The position numbers and the translations under genes are program-made. A DNA stretch of 64,000 bases from Balanoglossus misakiensis (taxonomy: Eukaryota > Animalia > Hemichordata). The notes beneath the pieces were generated by a model. The model did no database searches. It saw only the letters and a program-made list of their open reading frames with translations, and had not been told where the DNA came from. The stretch is taken from NCBI GenBank assembly GCA_040954595.2, contig CM082585.2, forward strand, positions 9,598,564-9,662,563, given 5' to 3'. The first letter of the stretch is position 1. Every line of letters begins with the position of its first letter. This document shows positions 56,255 through 64,000 of this stretch, piece after piece.

Positions 56255-57626
56255 CTAGTTCTCATATGCTGGAAGACCCCAGGCTTCCGGAACAAACTCT
56301 TCCAAGGACATTACCAGTTGATGGTAGCCTTCTGGCCAATGCGACTTATCCAGGTTCGCATCCGGCATGAAAACTGTCTTCATTCCGGCGGCGAGTGATG
56401 ACTGCACACCGATTGTGGCATCTTCAAACACAAGAATCTATGAGAAAAGTGGGAAACATATCGATTAAGAATTCTTACAGTACTTTTGTGGTACATACTT
56501 ATGGTCATTATATGTGACTTTCAATGAGAAAAGAAATGGGAATAAATGAAGTCTATAAGTTCAAAATTAAATGAGGATTTACTAGTATTAAACATATTCT
56601 TTCTAGACTGACATGCCCTCACATTTTCTACATTTGGTGCACCACCATCAAATCTTTGGGCAGCCACCAAGTAGGCGTCCGGGGATGGCTTGCCGTGTTT
56701 GACATCTGGATCTGAACCGCAGCACACAATGTGATGAAAGAGATCGAACAGCTCTCTGTGTCTGGTTTGCGTCTTCAGATCAAATATGGGCTTGGCCGAG
56801 CCAGTGGACACTGCAATGGGTACACCGTGTTTATGCAGGTGCCGAACTAGTCTGTCAGCCCCTGCAGAGAAGTGAGAAAAAAACTTCAGCTGTTAATTAC
56901 CGCTCATGTGATGCAGAGCTCGCAATGTACAAGTTAAGGATCATCTGAAGTCTATACCTGGCATGAGATCACAGTTTGGGAATGCATCTTTCAGCTTGCT
57001 CTCTCCCCTTTCTAATAACTCTTGTGGTTTGAGCGGGAGGTCGAACTCTTCCACCATTATCCTGGATGAATCAATGGCTTTCCTTCCCATCAGTTTTGGC
57101 TTCACTGACCAATCAAACACTTTGCCGTACTCTGCAATGATCTCACGGTAAATATCGGTGTAGATTCTTTCTGTATCTGCGAAATGAGAGAGAGGGGCAT
57201 AATAAAAGTTGACTTGTTCATAGCAATGCTGGAAAAATGAGATTTTTGTTACTATGGTAAAAATCGTCATCCATTTCAACTGATGTGAAAATGGGCGTTT
57301 CCTCAGCAACCGACATCCATATTAAACTACATATACAAATAAGAGCGCAGGATAGATTGACTATGCAGCATTTCATTAAACAACCATATCATATTATAGG
57401 TTGATATTGATCATCTCCTATCTGCAAGGTATATCAGATCAAATGTCAGAGGCATTTACACGTTGAATTGCAGTCAGTACAGTGTGATTCTGTCGCAATA
57501 TGGTGACACGTTCGTAGAACATACGGAGCAAATGAAGTCGGACTGATGACTAAGTCCTTAATTACCTAAGAGTACACCATCCATATCAAATATAACATGC
57601 GTTATCTTGTGCAGTATTTCCACCAT
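56255..57626 (-). CDS. PUDP: Pseudouridine-5'-phosphatase (HDHD1/GS1-like), paralogue B, 4 exons
   Basis: [20 protein letters not shown]|[61 protein letters not shown]. Intron positions match paralogue A. Confidence 0.92.
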
Positions 57627-58079
57627 CTTTATATTTTGGAGACAACGTCGTTCACCGGTAATTCCTATATCTCTATTCGGAACTGTGCACGTGGAATACA
57701 GTATTTACAGCGTTGTTGACCCCTGGGTGACCCAGTAACTAACTATCAGGTGACCGCGGTCAGCTGACATAGCGACCGGCGTCTAACAATCTGCATTTCG
57801 TTTCGAGTCGCACGTTGATCAACAGTGAAATTGGCTGCTGGAATATAATCTATATCGGACGGACTCACTGTCCAGTGACCGTAAGTATTATTTTACGACC
57901 TACAGTTTTATTTTAAGGTGTTGTCACATGTGTCACTGTACAGCTTTTATCTGACGCTGCTCTCCAAAGTTTGACATTGAAATGACATCATGCTTTCGAC
58001 GACGCTTTACATATAATTGTCTGTATTTTCACAGCAGGGGACTATAAAATCGCCAATATATGATGACCCCTGACCCATC

Positions 58080-60288
58080 ATGTTCAACAACAACAAGGTA
58101 ACCATTGACAACAAGGAAGAAGAAAGAGAGGAGGGGGAGAAGGAGGAGGAGGAAGAAGTAGCCGGGCCATCAGACATTGGTTTAACCTCAGAGAATCTAG
58201 AAGAAAAAGAGATGAATATCTCCTTCTGTGGGGCAGGGTTTCTTGGAATTTACCACGTTGGCGTGGCAGCCTGTCTTGTCAAGCATGGTGGAAAATTTGT
58301 GAAAGAGATTAAGAGATACGCTGGAGCATCAGCGGGTTCCCTAGCAGCTGCTGCCATGGCGATACAGCCTGACAGACTGGAGGTTAGCGCCATGTTTGTT
58401 ACAGCTTACTACATTATAAAGATTAACACAAGCTTTCAAAACGCTATATTACATGCCTCAGTATTCACATTTTTTTCTGAAAACACATTATTAATCTGCA
58501 TTTTGTCCAAGGTATTGATTCCATATCACAGTTTTTACTGCACTTGGATAAAAGATTTGACCATTTACATAATAACTTCCCTTTTAAATGCAGAATTGCA
58601 GTGTGTTTCTATTGTATGCTTAATCCTTATTGAATGTGTATTTCATTCTGTCAAAGAAATCTAAATTCTGGTGATGTTATTCTTGTTAAGCTGTTATGTC
58701 ATGAGCATACAGCAAACAGTTTTAGACAGTAAAAGCTGGTGAAACTATAGTATTTTGAACACCACTTGTAAATCCAATATTGATCTTTTACTGTGGCATT
58801 TACAACACTTTAAAGTAACAATGGACTTTTTAAAATTATGAAAGCTGTGTTCATGTGGTACTGAGACTCGAAGTCACTGTGACTATTTTGGTGTAGCGTC
58901 AATGATATTTTGGTCAAAAAGCGTATTGACAACAACGGATGGTATGCTTTGACTCTTTTAAATCTGGAAATTGCAGGAATGTCGTGAATTCACCTTTGAG
59001 ATGGCCAAAGAGACCAGATCCAAACCTCTGGGCGCTCTGACACCTGGCTTCAACCTGTCTGCCAAATTACGGCACTGGATCGACGAGTTCCTTCCGCCCA
59101 ATGCGCATGAATTAGCCACCGACAAAGTGTTCATCTCTCTCACTTGTCTCCGAGGAAAGAGGAATGAACTGGTTTCCAAATATGAAACAAGAGAAGATCT
59201 CATTCAGGTATTGTAATTCACTCATCATATGTGTTTGCAAACATGAACTTTTTGGAATCAAACTAAAATTGCAAGATTGGGAATGTATTGTAGAAGCTGA
59301 TTCAGTTCAGTTCATACAAAATGCTAATAATGTTCTCCATATTTTTTTTAACATCTGTAGGCATTGCTGTGTTCCTGTCATATTCCCTACTACGTTGATA
59401 GAAAATATCCTAAATTCCAGGGTGAGGTAAGTAGACCACAAACAACTGAACTTTGACCTGCCTATTAGTAATGAACTCTGACCTATGTCACTACTAACCT
59501 TTGACCTCCCATTGTGTAAGGTACTGATTACAAATGTAAAATGTGTCTATTGCTGCCACTATGTTTGTTGTGGACTTTTCTAGATTTGGTACTGAAAACA
59601 AAAGGTCAAATTCCTTTTGGTCGTAAGAACTAATCAATGTATTTTTCACGGTGTTTTTTTCCAGAAATATTTTGATGGTGGCTACTCCAATAATTTACCG
59701 CACTTCCCAGACAGTTGGACCATCAAAGTGTCGCCATTTTCAGGGAGCCAGGAGATCTGTCCGAAAGACAAGAAAGGACTTGATTTATACGCCAAGGTTA
59801 TAAATCAGTTCTTTAAGATTAACACGCGAAACGTGTGGAGGACGAAACACGCACTGTTTCCTCCAAGGTCAGGAATGTTAGAATTGTATTACAAATGCGG
59901 GTTCCAGGATGCGAAAAGATTTTTGAAGGAAGCTAATCTGTACGAGGAGGAAGTGGCTGAGTGCCAGAATGAGGCTGGCAAGTCGCAAGAAGCAGCCGCC
60001 AAACCTGAATCTGCAAACGAGGCAAACCTTGTAGTTGGAGAGGCATCTGAGCCTGAATCTGAATCTCAGAGTGAGGACGGCTTAGCTCAAGTGAGATCCC
60101 CACCTGAGGCTGAATCTGTTGAAGATTCTGGTAATAATGAGGGTAATGGGTCGGGGGAACCTTCTAAGCCCGAATCTGAATCCACTGCAGAGGCCACTTT
60201 GGAAGCGGAAGAATCTTCCAAGCCTGAATCTGAATCTGTAAATGGGGTAACCCTCTCTGAAGAGCCATCATCCAAACCTTCACCTTAA
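58080..60288 (+). CDS. PNPLA4: Patatin-like phospholipase PNPLA4 (GS2) with acidic N- and C-terminal extensions. Exons 58080-58382, 58977-59207, 59361-59426, 59665-60288
   Basis: NISFCGAGFLGIYHVG (oxyanion hole), GASAG nucleophile and DGGYSNNLP catalytic Asp. Segments KHGGKFVKEIK, GLDLYAKV and LYYKCGFQDAKRFL resemble PNPLA4 specifically. Confidence 0.9.
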
Positions 60289-61798
60289 TACTAGTCGTGT
60301 AGGATGTTTTGAGAATTTTTTTAGCTGGATAGATATAAAACATAAGGCAAAACAAATGCAATACACTTATAATATCATGACGTGATATTTTACCATGCTT
60401 GTCTGATCAACACTTGCCCTTGACAGTGTAAATATTAAATGCAACCTTTCTTCATGTTATTTTCATTGAATATTATCAACACTACTGCACAAGTTGGTAG
60501 GTTTTCTGGTCAGCACACACAATGCAAGTCCCTGTAAATAAAGATTTTGAATGGTTTACCTTTCTTTTGTATCAGTATTTGAGGAAGCACAGATATTTTG
60601 ATATATTTTTTTCAATGCATCTGCTATATGTATATGATGATAAAGTTTTTATTTACTTTGAAATACAGCTTTACTTTTTGCCTTTTTTTACAACTTACGA
60701 TGAAATTTGTATCTTGTTTGCTATACGATAGTTATTTCAGCTGCAATATCAAAGCTTTGATTGTGTGTTGGTTGATATATTGAATTTTTGATTGTCTTGT
60801 AATTTTCTCTGTATTATGAAATATGCCAGTGTATATTTTGTCAACTTTTCTGTTTATAAACACACCATCACCATTGTCCCAATGTTCGGGAAGATCCTGC
60901 CAACCAATACATGGTTAATCTCTTACATGAAAATTCACCTTTTTTTGGTAAAAATTCAACTTGATTTGTAGTATTTTTATAAAGTTGTCAGTCTGATAAG
61001 AATCGGATTCAGGCTGGAGATATGAGAATGTCAGCTCTGGTTCTTTGGGTGAATTTCAATGGACGGTCAAAACAGAGACAGAGGGAAGATGAGTATGATA
61101 GATAATAGAGATAACAGATCTCGGGTCAAAAACTTTGAGTCCAGATCACTTTGTTAGTGGGTCATGTTTTGTAGCCATTCTCTCGAAATAAAATGAACTC
61201 ATGTCCACAAGACTGTTGTACATGTCGCCAAATTCGTGCAGCCGGCCCTTCTATAGTGTGACGAAAAAGACTGTATTATTGCAAGGCGAGTTCCTCCACG
61301 GTGACCTAATAATCACAAGGTGAAGGTCGTGATACAGATGGTAAGATAATTGCCAAATAGGTGCAGTACCATTGTTTGGTTGACCTACGTTGACACATCT
61401 ATACGAAATCGTCCAGGTTAGGTGGACAATCCATCTCAAGATATATTGTTATTCAAAGCACGGAGAAGGTGCGTTTCAAAGAAATCTTCACAGGTGTAAT
61501 TAATTAATATTTAAATTTACTTTTAAAACAATTGCTGGTCCAGGTGTCGTGCGGAGAACAATGTGCACGCCCTCTAAACTACAACAATACCGACTTTTAT
61601 CGACGGAATCAGAAGTCTGCGGGTCTCGTGACGCTATTAATTACGTCCGTATCTAGTAAATGAGACAACGGGGCCAATTGGCAAGGCGTCGGTTCAACTC
61701 AGCCCGAATCCGACGAGGCATCATTCTAACAACTGCATTCTAGCCCGCTTGCTTGAAAGAGACACTATCTCTGTGTCAGTCTCATCCGCGGTTGAAAG

Positions 61799-63869
61799 AT
61801 GTTCACACGCGCGGAGGTGTTCGTTGTCTTGGTTCTTGCCTTGGCGTCGGCAGGATCCTCCTCGGCCGGCGGGCTAGAATTCTTGCACGACATCGGAGAT
61901 CGCTTACAGCTGCTGAGAACCCAGGACGGACTGAGTCGGGTATTCCCAGAGCTTCTTGACAACGACCATGGGGATGCGGCGATGAGGATGGCGACTCTCA
62001 TCCGCAACGCGCTCGTTTCCAAGGGAAACGCGGTCGCCACGGAGAGCCCGACTCTCCCACCTTACATCAACATCACGAAGGACTGCCCGCCTCTGCCGCA
62101 GCTGCCGGTGACGAGTGCGGCGGACCTAGGATCCAATTCAGCCGACGACACCTTTGCTGGCGATCTGTCGGGCATCTCCCACGACTGCTTGGCCTCGACG
62201 TTACAGTTGATCACAGACTATGTCTGTTCGCCGAGGGAAAGATATGCAATGGCGAGTAAGTAAATTGCTGAGTGTGTGATGAAAGTGTGGTTTTAAGGCG
62301 AAGAACATGGGGGAAATCGTCACATTCGTTAGTATGGTGTCTTTTACGTGTTAGTGTGGGGGAGGGAGGGGAGGTGGAGAGAGACAGAGAGATTACGCAT
62401 CACTTTCAGGCAAGGAGTGTAAATGGTTCATCAAGAATGGAATAAGACGCTGCATTTACTTCTGAAGATGTACAGTTGTCGCGTGCCATTGACTTCGCGG
62501 CCTTGTTGATAAATAAATGTCCAAAACATCATTACTTCCAGTCAGTACGGTGCAATTGTGAGAGCAAGGGGTACAAACACGCTCGGGCGATATCGCGGTG
62601 TCAATAGTTGACCAGATAAAACAGAGTAGATCGCTTTATTGGCCTCACCGAAGTACCTGAAGAACATACCAGAGATACTGGTATACAATGGGGTAGGATC
62701 TAACCAAACACAATTTGTCAGCCGGCTAGCTTGACAGTCGAACATCCCCGCTAACAACTTACGATCCAATGTGCACCTTTCGCATCATCAATCACACAGG
62801 TGCACATCGTATGATACTGTTGGCCATTTGGAATGTGTAATATTCAAATGGTCTGTTTTCATGCTGTTCTCAGCACGAAAACAAGAGCCCTCAATGATAT
62901 ATATATACTTTGTCCCGACTCCCGAGTTCACTCCATATCTTTGAACCATTTCATCCCATTTCCCTGTTTGGAGGTACATTCTTACCATAGGAAACAATGT
63001 ACTTTGACCAAACCATTGTGGTGAAAGGGCGAAAACGAAAGAAGAAAGTCCGTACCTAATATGGAAAAGACTGGTCCAGGAGATCTAAATTATGGTGTGG
63101 ATTATGGGCGTGCTATATGATGCGATTTAAGTTTGTTGACATCCAGCACAGGTCCACTGCTGATCGCACCGAGTGATAAACAATAATGTAGGGGCGACCT
63201 CAGCTCTCATTGCTTGGAAGTGCGTCGAACTTCCTTCTGATACGGTCTGCGATTCTATTTATAGTTACAAAAGTTCAAAATTTTCATTATTAAACATGTA
63301 TTCTTGTGATCTCATTGCAGTGGCAGACGCGGCCGGCAAAATTGAGAGCATGGTCTTCAGTCTGAACGTACGTTTCTTCGGCTCCTTCTTCAGCTGTCGT
63401 GACGAAACGGACATCCCTGTTACCATAGATACGTCGCAGTCTCTCACCTTCGACGGGCAATACTGTCTCCTTTCTGTGTACTTCCATTATTCGGTGAGAA
63501 GCGTACATTTTCATCTTCGCTGTAGAACGTATGAGTGGCCAATACATGTGTACAGGCCAATTTGTCAGTGCATGTGGTCATATAACATATGTGGTCAGTA
63601 TGTGGACGTCGACATATAACGTGCCTGGAAGAATCCGACGAGAAACACAAATGTTGCTATTGAAATAATCGTAAATTAGACAGAGAATTGAATTTCGAAA
63701 CGGAGAACTTTGCCAACCCCGAAAACGCAGTCAAAATGACTTTAATTCATTGATGTACACCTATATTTATTTTTCTCTCCCAAGTCTACTATAAGCATTC
63801 CCTTCCAAATCAGCACATGTTTGCCGAGCACCTGTTCAACCGAGGAAGTCCTGAATATTTCATCCGTTG
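61799..63869 (+). CDS. NRF-6 / O-acyltransferase-like protein, 5' part (exons 61799-62255, 63321-63493, 63785-63869), continuing beyond the window
   Basis: Signal peptide MFTRAEVFVVLVLALASAG. NRF N-terminal domain pattern ISHDCL...YAMAMADAAGKIES....NVRFFGSFFSC...FDGQYCL. Confidence 0.78.
62941..63033. mobile_element. Copy of the about 95-bp MITE-like repeat
   Basis: ttccctgtttggaggtacattcttaccataggaaacaatgtactttgaccaaaccattgtggtgaaagg aligns to 13247-13316. Confidence 0.6.
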
Positions 63870-64000
63870 GTGAGTAAAGACGCCCTCATGGTCCCTAACG
63901 AGAGTCAGTACATTGATAGTGTTGGGAAAAAATTAAAGTACATGTAGATAATGGTTGCCGGACTGTAAATATGAATGAACACAAATGATGTAGGAAAATG

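Overview
Gene-dense, intron-rich, AT-rich animal genomic DNA. It is probably from an invertebrate deuterostome such as an acorn worm; this is inferred from single-copy vertebrate-like proteins and short introns, not proven. Genes in order: DYNLT2B/TCTEX1D2 (+), MIS12 (-), CUL4 (+, with one U12 AT-AC intron and one GC-AG intron), a large unnamed mosaic type-I membrane protein (-; 8 EGF, WAP, thyroglobulin-1, antistasin, Kunitz, Ig, SEA-like, TM, FxNPxY tail), SUCLA2 (-), a PP2A B'' subunit gene PPP2R3A/B-like (+), MSL2 (-), two tandem PUDP/HDHD1 paralogues (-), PNPLA4 (+), and the 5' part of an NRF-6/OACYL-like gene (+). The PPP2R3 gene has a candidate alternative first exon and an 8.6-kb intron that hosts an antisense nested gene for a secreted His/Glu-rich orphan protein. 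Several short MITE-like elements, a 72-bp palindrome and recurrent DR1 motifs are also visible. The most interesting items are the nested acidic protein with a CArG+TATA promoter, the EpCAM-like TY-SEA-TM end of the mosaic receptor, and the PPP2R3-MSL2-PUDP-PNPLA4 block, which joins two human neighbourhoods. Exon boundaries were read by eye and homologies were recognised from memory; no searches were run.
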